From assembly GCA_964016885.1 (NCBI GenBank), contig OZ024742.1, forward strand, positions 77,376,001 through 77,440,000: a DNA stretch of 64,000 bases. Reading direction: 5' to 3'. Source of the DNA: Eledone cirrhosa (lineage: Eukaryota). The notes under the pieces were generated by a model that worked only from the letters and a program-made list of their open reading frames with translations, was not told where the DNA came from and did no database searches. Below are positions 39,227-52,860 of the stretch, piece after piece; within the stretch, counting starts at the first letter, position 1; the number at the start of each line of letters is the position of its first letter. Position numbers and translations under genes: made by a program.

Positions 39227-42180
39227 ATGATATTAAATAAATAGAAACTATATTTATAAAACCATATTTATTCTATTATATATATTTCAATGGTACCAAA
39301 ATATTTGGTACGCTTTCGTCAGATAAAATACAAAGTGTGTTTTATACATTTGGGCATAGTCAAGGAACATACCTTAACAGTTGAAGTATTCCTTGGATAG
39401 TGGATTTAAAATTGTTATGATGAGTATACTAATGAATATCTAAATGAGGTATATGATTGAAAAACCGTTATTTTAGACGCTATGGAGAATTTAGATATAT
39501 GTTTGTATTATTAGGAGAGAAAGAAAAAGGAAGAAAAAGAAAAAGAAAAAGAAAAAGAAAAAGAAAAAGAAAAAGAAAAAGAAAAAGAAAATAAGACTAG
39601 ATAATAACGTTAATTTGGGGGAAGAAAAAACAATTTGAATATTTACCTATATTATACTTATATGGACAATTATGTTTGTAAGTATTTATCTTATTAAAAT
39701 ATTATAGTAGGATATATGTATAAATATCTATATATATTAATAATTGCATATGTATAGGTATTAAAGTTATCGATAATTTACAGTTATTATTTGTTTATAA
39801 TATGGGTTATGAGGGCCGTTGATTTTGTGTTTTATGTAAATAAATAAATAGGTAGTTCCAGTTTTAGGTAGTTGTTTATAATATGAGTTACGAGGGAAAT
39901 TCATTTTGTGTTTTATGTAAATAAATAGGTAGTTCAAGTTATGAATTTATAGATTTGAATTTTTTTTTCAGCATTAAGAATGTTTTATAATATTGCTAAT
40001 TTATTGTAATTATGTATATAATAACTGAGAAAGGAAAGATAACTCCAATTTTGTTTCTTAATTGATAAATTTAAAGAAGTGTGAGATTAATTAATTATTT
40101 TAGTCGACAGATATGTGAATGTTTGAAAAAACCCAAAAAAGAGGAGATACGTGATGTGTTTATATAAGAAACGGTCGTGAAGAGGATAACTTTTTCTAAT
40201 GCCAGTTAATGATTATCAGTCTAACGTCTAAAAAAATTCTTTAGAGAGTGTCATTAGAAAAATAATAATGTAAGAATTAAAAGATTAAAAATTAAAATTA
40301 TATACAGACACACATATATATATATATAAATAAATATATCTATATATATATTAAAAGAAAATTTTGCTGAAAGGTGAGAATATTATAAATATTAGAGTTA
40401 TTACCATTTAGAAATATTAAGATATTACAATATTAAAAATTTTAAATTGTTAAAGAAGATAAGATCATTTTGAAGGTTTAAGGAATATGATAAATTAACC
40501 ATAGTTCTGAACGTGGAATGTTGGCGATGCCTGCAAGAAGAAAATAATTCAGTTCTGAGGTTAATAGAGTTTTGACAGTTAATTATATAAAAAATTTCTT
40601 CGTTACACAATTTACAGAATTTTGATAAAGCCATATTTCGATACGCAGGTGCTTTTAGAAATCGTTTTCTAAGATATTGAATAGTCTATATTCTGGCTTT
40701 TTAAGTTCCATATAAGATGTGAAGGTGAAGTAGAATATTTTTAATCAGATCTTTTAAAAGTATGGTTATGGTTATTCCAGCGTTCTTTAAATTTTGTAGA
40801 AGTGGCACCGACATAGTTAAATATATTATCTCTAGTTTTAACTGAGCAATTATAAATTACATTTTTATCTAAATAATTATTTTGTAAAGGGCAGTTTGAT
40901 TTGATTCTACAGTTACATTTTACGGAATTGTTGTTGCTCGAAACGGTACTGTCATACTGGATATTCCTAGAATTATTATTATTGCAATTTTGGTTATTTT
41001 GGTTAGGGTTTAAATTTAGGTTTCTATTATTTATTCTATTTATGTTTTGTACTATGTTCATAGTAGTAGAGAAGGATAGTTTTATAGTATGTCTATAAAA
41101 GATAGAGTGGTATCTGTGAGCTTTAGGAAAACATTTGTCTGGTGCTTTAAAAAGTAGCTTTGCTAAAGGTGTTTTAACGCTTAAAGAGAATGGGGGGAGT
41201 ACCAAATAATATTTCTAGTTCTGATTTTTTGTTTGGTTTAGTGTTTAAGTTAAATTGTTTATTATTATTATAATTAATACTAGAGTGATTTGCCATGTTA
41301 TTGTTATCAATGTATTTAATTTTGTTCGAATATCCTGCTCTATTTAAAGCTTCATTATAATATTCAGCCTTATCATCAAAATTATTTTTATTAGCAGAGA
41401 TACGTGAAATCCGTTGTTGGACACTATTGACAATGGTGTTCTTCATACTTCTAGGATGATTAGAATTAAAACTTACGTAATTTAGATGTTCGTTAATTTT
41501 AATACCTGTGCTAAGGTTTAAGGTTACGTCTAAGAAGTTAACCATTTTATAGTTATTCTCTATTTCTAACTTAAAGTTGTATTTATTGAAGAATTGTATT
41601 ATGGATTTTCTTTTCCTATTAATTTCACAATTACTATGGTTTTCAATTAAAAGCAGCATATCGTCACGATATGAACCATCGGTCATCTCAGGCATTTTCC
41701 TATGCAGTGCATTATTAATAAATAAACCAACAAGATCCGTTATTTGCGCCGAGTCAGATGATCCCATAGTGATATCAAAATTATTTTTTCTATCGCCTCT
41801 TGTCCAGAGATGATTATTGAATTCTATTAATGTTTTCCGTGCTGTTAGAATTATATTCATTTCATCAGTAGATAGGTTTGTATGTTTAGAGGCGTAGATA
41901 AGAGCCTTATTAAATGATAGAGAAGTAGTAATTTGCAATATCCATTTCAATGAAATGTTTGTTGTTTAAATGTTATGTTATTGAACCAATCTATAACTGC
42001 GTTGGTACCGTTCCATAGTTTAAGGTATTATTTTTCCTTAAGTTGTGGTTTAATTCTATTTAATATATGTTTGCTAATTATTCCTAAGTCTGATTTAGAT
42101 GGTGCTATAAGTCTGACTTGTAGTTCTATTACAAAATTTATTTTGCGTTCTTTCAGGTTAATTTTCGGTTTTCTAGGTTC
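39226..42180 (-). mobile_element. Penelope-like element (probably Hydra clade): RT, C-terminal GIY-YIG, long 3' UTR and pLTR with hammerhead; 5'-truncated
   Basis: RLIAPSKSDLG, FDITMGSSDSAQITDLVGL, YRDD, VNFLDVTLNL, SNHP, PPFSLSVKT, CNCRIKSNCPL, VIY..YVGAT..FKERWNNH, CKLC..CRH. Both ends abut TA-rich microsatellite. Confidence 0.9.
39271..39328 (-). ncRNA. Intact type I hammerhead ribozyme in the 3' pLTR of the PLE
   Basis: TTTTAT-CTGACGA-AAGCGTACCAAAtatTTTGGTACCATT-GAAA-TATATA-TA-ATAGAA, then AATAAA. Same strand as the PLE ORF. Confidence 0.87.
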
Positions 42181-42262
42181 ATATATATGTGTGTGTGCGT
42201 GTGTGTGTAGGGGGAGGTGGTATGTGTATATATATATACATACCTCTCTACATATATATATA

Positions 42263-42700
42263 TATAATATAACTGAACAAAAAGAAAAAAACGAACACAG
42301 ACATATACATATATGTGTTCAACTTTTAAGGGACCAGATTCGCTAAGGTGAAAAGAAAACTAGCTATAGACAATAGGGTTTGCCAGAGTCAATTTAAGAA
42401 AAATCAAGAAAGTAAATACAAACCGGAATTGTAGTAACTACCAATCACCCCGACAGCTTTGATAATACTGTTTGCCAATTAATATTGCGAAACAGTATTA
42501 TCAAAGCTCTCCGGGTGATTGGTAGTTACCACAATTCCGGTTTGTATTTACTTTCTTGACTTATTCTTAAATTGTGTCTGGCAAACCCTATTGTCTATAG
42601 GTAGCATTCTTTTCACCTTAGCGAATCTGGTCCCTTACAATTTGAACACATATATGTATATGTCTATGTTCTATTTTCTTTTATGTTCAGTTATATTATA
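42263..42700. repeat. ~215-bp-arm imperfect hairpin centred on the stem II of a half-hammerhead
   Basis: Centre ~42481. Each arm reads outward G(A/C)AA-CAGtattatcaaagCT(G/C)-TC-(G/C)GGGTG. Confidence 0.85.
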
Positions 42701-42777
42701 GGGCTCTGAGAAATCTCTTTCCTAGAGCTAATTTATTGTAAGAGACTATTTTGAGTTTCTAACTCAATATATACCTT

Positions 42778-42834
<57 letters not shown>

Positions 42835-43022
42835 TTATTACGGGTTGAATCGGAGGTAACCACAGGAAGTATGGTACTCCATACATAGCAGAGTATAATA
42901 GTTTTAATATAGAAGAGCTTCTACAAGACTAGAACTGTTTCATTCGTGAGAAATCATCCGGAAGCTTCTGATGATTTCTCACGAATTAAACAGTTCTAGT
43001 CCTGTAGAAGCTCTTGTATATA
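42835..43022. mobile_element. Head-to-head hammerhead pair (42917-43011) with pLTR tail, between (TA)n and (TG)n
   Basis: Palindrome centred on AAGCTT (42962-42967). Minus copy GCTTC-CGGATGA..GAAA-CAG..TTG-TA-GAAGC; plus copy CTGATGA..TAAA-CAG..CTG-TA-GAAGC. Confidence 0.85.
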
Positions 43023-43023
43023 A

Positions 43024-43135
<112 letters not shown>

Positions 43136-43726
43136 ATATATAACCGAAGTTTTGCTATGAAACAAGAAAAACATGAAACTTAAGATGCCAAATAACAAAT
43201 GTCTAAAAAGATTAGATAACTTGTCACTGCGTTAAACCTGCTGAGTTATATTCATTCAATCCATTCACTAACAATGTAGTTTATCCATAACTGAGACTCT
43301 TAGGCCATGAAAGCTGCGTTTATCTCTCAATATATAAATGGTTGTTTAAGAATTGCTGTATTACAAAAAGATAGTATGACAGATTTACTTAAGGAATGTT
43401 GTAAGAGATGATAATTATTCATTCGGATTATACAACTTTTGCTCGCGTTCAGGAGAAAGAAAGACAAAAATATTCTGTTTCATGCTATAAAGAAGAATGG
43501 CTGACCAGTGGATTTTATAAAGTTTTATAACATACCGTGTGCGTAAGTGAGACATTATTTCAATATTAAATAACGGTACTTTGGCTGAGCCATTAGAGGT
43601 CGGACGTTCCTTTACGTTCTGATCTGAAAAACGTTGCGGTTAATTTTTCTATTAAACTTTTGGAGTGAATAAAATTAGACAAGTAACGCAATGGCCTTTT
43701 GCATAAATCAGAAACCAATATATTAA

Positions 43727-44005
43727 GGGAGTTAGATTGGCAGGATTGATAGCGAGTCGGGCAACATGCTTTGCAGTATATAGTTACGTCCCTTTGTGTT
43801 CTCAGTGGTAGATTGGTAGGATCGATAGAGTGTTGAATATCATGTTTTGCAGCATATAGTTACGTTCCTTTCCGTTCTTAGTGTAAATCTCCCTGCGGTT
43901 AGTTTTACCTTTCATACTAAAGTGTTTGATAAAATAAAGTAGCAGTAACGCACTTTCCCTTCCTTTGAAATTGTTGACTTTGTGCCAAAATCAGAAACTA
44001 TTGAT
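43727..44005 (+). mobile_element. SINE with a tandemly duplicated 5' head
   Basis: AGATTGG(C/T)AGGAT(T/C)GATAG..CATG..TTGCAG..TATAGTTACGT occurs twice (~43734 and ~43811), followed by the core and tail. Confidence 0.75.
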
Positions 44006-44446
44006 ATAATATTGACTTTCTATTTACGAATTCAATGGCAACTAAGATTTATTTGTGTAGTTCTTACAAACGAAGGACATTTGTACTCTATGAAATAGCT
44101 AGTTATTGTAGGCATTTTTACGTTTTGTTAAGCACCACAGAGCAGCAGCTACGGAGTGACTATTGCTGTTATTATGCAATCAGTAACAGTTATCGAAATC
44201 AAAATGAGACATGCTCCGTCAAACATGAAACAGTGCCCTTAGTAAAATACAAACCATATCCTCTCGTTTAGGTTTTCAAATAACACAGAGAAATAAGGCA
44301 GGTAAACATATAACATTATTAATTGCGAATTTCCTCTAATCGCAGATCGTTGATTGCTACTCCAAATATTATCGCGTTTAATGAAATTAACCCATAAGCT
44401 TATACGTTAAACATGTGTATAACCAAATACAAGCAAGTATGGATGC

Positions 44447-44566
<120 letters not shown>

Positions 44567-44630
44567 AAAAATATGTCGGATCTAGCTGTCGAAACGGCTG
44601 GAGCCCAGCCGTCTGGCTCCTGACTCTTTT

Positions 44631-44676
<46 letters not shown>

Positions 44677-44680
<4 letters not shown>

Positions 44681-45152
44681 CATGTTAGACCCCGATGGCA
44701 GAGCTCAAGCCGTTTCGACGGCTATTTCTGGACTAAATTAGAATTTTTAGCGTGGTAATAAATACCCGAACATTTCAAGGGGTAATTCCTTATATGGGAA
44801 GATTGTAATTGTCAAAAGGATTGGTCAACATTTCCTGTAAACACAATTAAATCTTTCATGGCAGTGGGTGGCTGAACTTGCCTGTAGAACAATGAGGGAA
44901 TGTGTGGAGCCGGGCAAGCGTTGAAAGTGAATTCTATACATCAAATTCTAAGGAGTGTGTATGAAATTAGGCTAGTTAGGAAGCAGGCGAAAAAAGGATA
45001 CTGAGGGTGGGACACCTGCTTCCTAAGTAACCTTATTTCATACACATTCTGGCGTCGGGGTTAAAGATTTTCCTATTACCCACTCTACTACCCTAAGTAT
45101 TGAGTACGCTGGTGCGTTATGGTCCATCTGGTTCCTTACCACACTTCCTTTG

Positions 45153-45155
<3 letters not shown>
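44677..45155. mobile_element. Hammerhead-family module with inverted ends and an internal hairpin, in (TA)n
   Basis: Minus 44690-44782 reads CCCC-TTGAAAT(decayed core)-long stem II-GAAA-CGGC..GCCA-TC-GGGG. Hairpin at 44951-45050. The plus-strand tail 45049-45155 is the reverse complement of 45951-46057. Confidence 0.65.
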
Positions 45156-45234
<79 letters not shown>

Positions 45235-45896
45235 CTGTGTGTGTGCATTTACATAATGTATATACAGTGTATATTATACACGGTCAGGCCTGGAGATGGA
45301 TGGCCTCCGCCAGGGTTAAAATGCCCAAGAAACGCCGTATCTCAATACGGTGCACTTCCGACACTATCAGAAGTTACATTCATATACGGTAAGCAACTTG
45401 CATCATCTACTGGTGTGTTTATATATTTTCCTAATTAGTAATATTGCAACATAGATGATTTGTGTTCAGCACTAAAATACAACCATGTATGTCTTTGTTA
45501 TATAGTGTTCCTTCTGAGTAAACATATCCGTGATTTGAATGTTCATATACAATTTTTTATGCGTATCTTTTTTCTTCTTTCCTTTGATTATTAATTTATT
45601 GAATTGGGAACAATTTACATTTCGTTAGATATATCTGATTAATATTAAATTAAACACTGTGTAAGCGACAATATGAAACTATCTGCATATTTCATACAGA
45701 GTTAAACGCTTTATCTTCCCATTTCACTGGTTGTACAGAAACGTTATTTTCATCACTCGAGAGATTATATTTCAAATGATAGAATCTAATCTATATAACT
45801 ATTTTAGAACTCCTACCTCGGTGTTTTATCATCATACCTTTCAATTCAACCATAATCACTTTTAGATTTTAAATCTCTGGAGATGCTTTTGGAAAT

Positions 45897-45942
<46 letters not shown>

Positions 45943-45950
45943 TATATATA

Positions 45951-46140
45951 TAACGAAGGAGTTGTGGTAGGAAACCAGATGGACCATAACGCACCAGAGC
46001 ACTCAGTACTTAGGGTAGTAGAGTAGGTAATAGGAAAAAGTATGACCCCGACGGCAGAGCTCAAGCCGTCTCGACGGCTATTTCTGTCCAGAAATAGCCG
46101 TCGAAACGGCTTGAGCTCTGCCGTCGGGGTCATACTACTT

Positions 46141-46146
<6 letters not shown>
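45951..46146. mobile_element. Fold-back module: 48-bp-arm hairpin of hammerhead 3' halves plus pLTR tail, in (TA)n
   Basis: Arms 46039-46086 and 46089-46136 with one mismatch. The right arm has GAAA-CGGCttgagctctGCCG-TC-GGGGTC. Confidence 0.85.
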
Positions 46147-46222
<76 letters not shown>

Positions 46223-46378
46223 AGGAGGTTATAGTTCACTTGAAGCATTGTGTAATGAGGTATAAACGTTTGAATATGTATAATAAAGCCAAAACAATGC
46301 AGGTATGGACATAGAAAATGAATGCAATTGCAAAAGATATTGTTGACAAATCGTCTTTTACCTTAGATTTATTTAAAT

Positions 46379-46416
46379 GTCCTTAATTTTCGAGATAATA
46401 TCTCTTCTTCAGAGGG
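46379..46416 (-). ncRNA. Minimal type I hammerhead ribozyme
   Basis: CCT-CTGAAGA-a-GAGATattATCTC-GAAA-AT-TA-AGG. Confidence 0.65.
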
Positions 46417-48147
46417 AAATATTCGATTAAAGTGTGCGCGTGTTTCTTCTTTTGAGAATTAAAACTGGTTCAGTATTATAGTATTTAATTTGATGTGTCA
46501 CCCTCAAGACTTTGCCTTGCCTCTACTCACAGCTGTATAGTAAAGTTTTCGCCTGGTATATGATTCAGTGGTATCCGTTCAATTTATCAAACAATATATT
46601 GATATATATGTTATTAAATTATGAACATTTACTATCATAAACTTTTCCAAAATTTCATTTCTAAGTACCGTGCTTTTGATATTAGATGTTATCATATATG
46701 GCTTATGGAATCCTTTAGTTACATACGGCAGCTGAAAATAAAATAAATTACCTCTCTACGAATATATACGAATATAACAACCTGCATTAAACCGATATTA
46801 ATATGAGAACATTAATGAAACAAGATATTTTGTAAGGAAACGCGTTTTATCCGAATTATTATTACATACCATCTAAACATCTCATATAATATATTTATTA
46901 ATTTTTAAGAATGTTCTTCATGATTTGTTGTGATTCTAATAAACAAAATTAACTTTTTTTACGGTGTTAGTGTGTGTGTGTAGTTGAATGTAACCTAATA
47001 AACAAGGTAAATGGCTTGGTATTTGAATATGAGATGGAGCAGTATAACAAAATATTAGTTATGAGTTGAAAGGTAGAAACGAAAAATAATATTAAATCAA
47101 ATAAAATAAGTGAAATTAAATAAGAGAATATATTTTCCAGGTGGAAAATTCAAAATTATAACATCGATGGGGAATTTCACGTATGAATGCTTTTCATGGA
47201 AGCAATCAACAGTGAAATTAAATGTTTCAGCTTTCGATTCAAATTTTAAAAGTACTCACTGAATATCTCTCAAAGACAGTTTCTGTTTGAAGGGATTGCC
47301 AATTAATGGAAATATTAATGTGAATACCAAACAACAGCTCTAGTAAGAGAAGCATCAGTAAATTTGCGACATTAAAATTAGTAATCATGTGACAATTGGT
47401 TCTTTGTAATGCATTGAAATAATGCAATACATGCAGACTTCGGATCAAGATAAATATTAATGGTTCTGATGTTTAGAACACAAATTCTTTACGTTTAGAA
47501 TAATTTACGGTATAGTTGTGACGTTGTGTTTCGACACTGATGATGAAGAATATCAAAACCTTTGGTATCAATCATACTTACAAAATTGATAAAAAATATT
47601 AATGTCTCAAAAAGAATGAGGATATAATTTGTGTTTAAAGATGTCCATTTTGGTGTTTATAATCTCAGCACAGAGTGAGTAGACATATGACCAATTATAT
47701 GAAAAGATAGGTTTACTGTTATGGTGCGGTTAAACGCTTAAAATCTTTCGAGATGTCGAACCCGAGCAGGATAGTTGGCTAACACCCATGAGTTCGGCTG
47801 GTCTCGCTTGGTGATGCAGTCAGATAAACTGTGAGCAGCTGCATCTGATAGAACACTCTGGAAGTCGCATCAGAATAGTCTGCCCCGATGATCCTCCCGG
47901 GAATATGAGCGTGAAGACTTATTTATATCTTCCTTTGATAGGAAATGTATTCTAAGATGTCAATACCTTTCTAGTTACTGACAATCTTGGCTGACAACAC
48001 AATGACAAGCATATCAGTCTTCAACAGGAATTGTTTACAGATATAATTAAATAACTTACAAAACTTTGAACTAGATATGTTTCGATGGTACAACATGAAA
48101 ATAATAATGATGCTGTTACTGATGCTGGTGATGACGATGACGATGGT

Positions 48148-48269
48148 GAAGAAGAAGAAGAAGAAGAAGAAGAAGAAGAAGAAGAAGAAGAAGAAGAAGA
48201 AGAAGAAGAAGAAGAAGAAGAAGAAGAAGAAGAAGAAGAAGAAGAAGAAGAAGAAGAAGAAGAAGAAGA
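48148..48269. repeat. (GAA)n microsatellite
   Basis: Directly visible. Confidence 0.98.
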
Positions 48270-49046
48270 GTGACGATAGTGATGTTTATTATTTCTTTCC
48301 AATACATTATAGTATGTAGTAATACATTTTTAACATGTGAAACCTTTGCTTGTGTCTGATAAAAAAAAAACAATATCCATTAAAAAATATAACAAATGAA
48401 ACTGACACGATGATGAACGTTTTAAAGAATAAACACTGTGAAATCTATTCATCTTTACATTATAATTATGCAATTAATGTAGTTTAGGTACTATTGGCAC
48501 GTTTGTGGATTCATTGCGGAATAAAATCATGAAATACTTGTTATAACAACCCTGAATATTTTTAACGCATTCAGAAAAAAAAGAAAATTCAATGTACTTG
48601 GCTGAATGAGATGAGTACTTTACTTGAATGTTATGTATGAGTAAGATGAAAAATCAAGCGCATAAAACATAAGTTTGCCTGAATAAAATAGTGATTGGGA
48701 TTAAATACTAAAAAGGGTTCGGACGAAGGAATATTTGGTAAATATCAGAATATTGATAAATATACAGAAGAAGAGTACATTTCTATTTCAGTCCGCGACA
48801 GCATCGTGGGTACAGATGAAAGTTGTTGAAAAATTACGCTGGTTCTTAATTGAGAAGATCAGACGACGCATTCTAAAAGTGAACAGTATATATATATATA
48901 TATACATATATATTAGAAAGTGAGGTTTTTTTACAAAATGAAAAAAAAACGAGGTGTCCTACACGAGTGAAAGTATAAGGAAAAAAGATGAAATTTAAAA
49001 TGCAACTGGAATCTTTTTTTATAAAAAATATATATTTATTTGGCTC

Positions 49047-49082
49047 CTTTACCGGTTTCGCAGTTCTTCTGCTTTTCAAAAG
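49047..49082 (-). ncRNA. Decayed minimal hammerhead at the 3' end of the Neptune-like PLE
   Basis: CTT-TTGAAAA(for CTGAAGA)-GCAGaagaaCTGC-GAAA-CCGG-TA-AAG, followed by AATAAA. Confidence 0.6.
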
Positions 49083-49426
49083 TAGAATTGAGATGGAGGG
49101 TCTGTGGTTTTTCTCACATCTGGTTGGTGTTTGAATGTTACTTCTGTTTTATATGGAAAAAAGTGGCTCGAAATGCTAGGTTTTTAGAGAAGTAATGTCG
49201 TTGCTTGGTGAATAAGTATAACAAATTTCGCGCCAGTTTGCGTTACAAAGTTCTTATTACGTTAGCCTTCAAAAAAAAGGGGGTGGGGGCTCAGGTTGTC
49301 TTTTTATATATGAGTGAAGTTTGGTTGATGAAGTCACGTGAATAAGCAAATCAGCTTTCGCGCCAGTTTGTGCTTGTATTTCTTTTTACTTAAATAAAAA
49401 GGTTGTCCACGAAGGCTTTTTTTTAT

Positions 49427-49745
49427 AAATGTAATTTGATTGGTTATAAATGAAATAATGACTGTCACGTGAACATTAAATTTCGCGCCCGTATTTTGGA
49501 ATTGTTTTTGTAGCCATTTAGAGAATTTTATGCCAAACAAAAGATAATGGTCAAGAAAAAGGGATGGAGAGAGTTCTTCTGGGTATGACTGATGTGGCTG
49601 AAATGTAATTTGATTGGTTATAAATGAAATTATGACTGTCACGTGAACAAGTACATTACATTTCGTGCGCGTATTTTGGAATTTGTATTGTAGCCTTTTA
49701 GAGAATGTTGTGCCAAACAAAAGATAATGGTCAAGAAAAACGGGG
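49427..49745. repeat. ~174-bp tandem duplication in the PLE 3' UTR
   Basis: AAATGTAATTTGATTGGTTATAAATGAAAT..GATAATGGTCAAGAAAAA occurs at ~49427 and ~49601. Confidence 0.9.
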
Positions 49746-52124
49746 TGGGGAGATTGTTCTGATTCAGTGAATATGACTGGTGTGCTTGGGTATCAAAATT
49801 CAGACATTCTATTGAAATGAAGCAAGTAGATATATGTATGTTTATTTGTGTGCTGGTGTGTGTGTGTGTTGGAAGATGATTCTATTAGTAGAAATACGGG
49901 AGGGAGTTGTGTGTGTGTATGGGTGTTATGTATGTGTGTGTGTATGCATGTGTGGGAGTATAGTTAGCATGTTAAGATGGAAAGAATATATATATTTTGT
50001 GTGTTGTGTAGGACAATTATTCCGTTAGTATTAACGTATGTTAAGGTTTATTTAGTTCTGGTTTTATTTTCTAAAATAGAAGTTGTTATGTGTGTGTTTA
50101 TGTATGTGTCTATTTGGAGGGTTAGCATGTTAGGGTGTTGACATAATGTATATTAAACTATACTTAATGCTGGTATTTTTGAATAAACATATTTTCCTTG
50201 TTTATTCGTATATGTTCAGTTGTATTGTCAGCGCAAAGATAAAATTGGAAGACTTGGAATTCGGGTGCCTTATTACTTGTGCATATGTCTAGAGGTGCAC
50301 ATCTAGATATATGCGCAAGCAATAATATTGAAATGCATACGTGTTGCCTTCAATGAGGTGAGTGCAGGTTCCACAATTAGACCGACCACATTGTTTGACA
50401 GTTGGTTGTGGTTTTGAGGTAGGTGATTTGGCATTGGTGAGTAATGTTTTTAGTGATTTCGGTTGGCTTTTGCTTTAGATTATTTTGTGTGTTTCAGGGA
50501 ATTTGTTCATTCTTGGGTCTTGTTTCAATAGTGGAATGTTCTTGTGAATAGTGTTGTAAGTTTCCGCATTTCTTGGGTTGTGTGTTGAGATATATGATAG
50601 AATATTGGACGTACCTTGAATTTGTTTCTGTTTTCGTAATTCATCAATGTCTATTGCTTTAGCCCTTTCTATTCCATTATTTATTAGTAATGGTTGGCAC
50701 TCTCTTTCGAGTAGAATTTCCTTTAATTCTTGAAGTGTTTCATTTCGCGTTTTATTATTGGAGACAATTGTGCAAATTCTTCTTGCTAGATTAAAAGGGA
50801 TGTTCGTCTTCGTGTGCTTTGGGTGGTTGGAGGTGAATAGCAGGTATTGTTTGGAATCTGTTGCTTTGTAGTGTATGTGAGTTTCAATATTTGTGTCTTT
50901 TTTTAAGATTAAGATGTTCAGAAATGGGAGTTGATCTTGGCTGTATTCCATTGTGAATTGGATGTGGTTATTGATGCCGTTAATTAAATTTTGAAATCAT
51001 TTAGTTTGTCGGGTGCGTGAGACGAAAGAATGAGACAATCATCCAAGTAGCGTTTCCAATTATCTGATAAATATTTGTGGAAGTTCAATCCGTATTTTGA
51101 TTTGGACTGTTCATATATCTGGACTTCCAAGTATGCCATGATTAAGTTGGCATAAGTTGGAGCGTCTTTTGTACCCATCGCAGTCCCTGATATTTGCTTG
51201 TAAGTACTGCCATCGAAATCAAAAAAGTTTTTCTGTAAAATAAATTTTAATCCCTCGGTGATGAAGCTTCTTTCTATTCTGTCAGGTATCTCATTGGCAT
51301 ATTTGTCTAGCCAGAATCCTATTGCTTCTAGTCCGTATTGGTGTGGGATCGTTGTGTAGAGATTCACTACACCGAAAAACACAATAATAGTGTCGTTGTT
51401 AACATGTTTGGGGACGTGGTTTAAGAGGTCCAGATCGTTTCTTACAAGGCTTGGTATGTGTTTGAGAATTTTTTTTTCGTAGTATGTCTATAAAGTTGCT
51501 TAGTCTGTGTGTTTCACATTGTGGGCCCGCTAAAATTGGTCTTAATTTAAGGTATGTGAGGTATTGTGTGTTCACGCAGGTTGACGTGGATTGTTTACAG
51601 GCATCGTTAATTATTTTACACTTGTGGATGTTCGGAAATCCGTAAAGGTTGCTGGTTTTGTATTCAAAATGTGTTAAATATTCGCGATCCTTTTTAGTTA
51701 AGTCTTCCTGGCATCGACAAAAGAATATGTTTAATCTGGTCATCGGTTTTGATTGCTGGTCATTTTTTACTCTTTCAGAGTAGTTAGTATCTTGTAAGAC
51801 AGAGAACATAGAATGTTTATATTGTTCAGCATCCATAATGACGGCAGTACTTCCCTTGTCGGCTTACTTAATTATAATGTCGGTATTGTTTTTTAGTTCA
51901 TGGATAATGTCCCATTCCCTTCGACTTGTGTTGAGTTTGCGTTTAGGTTGCGGTAGTTCATGCTATGGGAAAGTTGCTATGTGGTCACAAACTTTGTCCA
52001 GAAAATGTGTTCCTACACATTCTGGGGTTGTAGCTGCTTTTATTCCCTTCAATTGATTGGTCGTTATTCACGTAAATTCCTCTGCAAGACGTAATTTTCT
52101 ACAGAAGTGTGCGATATCATCATT

Positions 52125-52805
<681 letters not shown>

Positions 52806-52860
52806 TCGTTTCTGAATTTGTTTAGCAATATTCTTTATTTGAAATCGTGTGTGGAAACCG

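Larger units (their letters stand above)
48915..52122 (-). mobile_element. Penelope-like element (Neptune-like): RT, Cys linker, partly deleted EN, 3' UTR with tandem repeats and pLTR
   Basis: ADKGSTAVIMD, LRPILAGP, NLYTTIPH, QISGTAMGT..APTYANL, WKRYLDD, LPFL, YKATD..YL.FTSNHPKH and linker CGRSNCGTC. (TA)n at both ends. Confidence 0.9.

Noticed and set aside
47755-47900. GC-richer island possibly forming an HDV-like ribozyme or LINE 5' end
   Set aside because: I could not build the nested double pseudoknot by eye.
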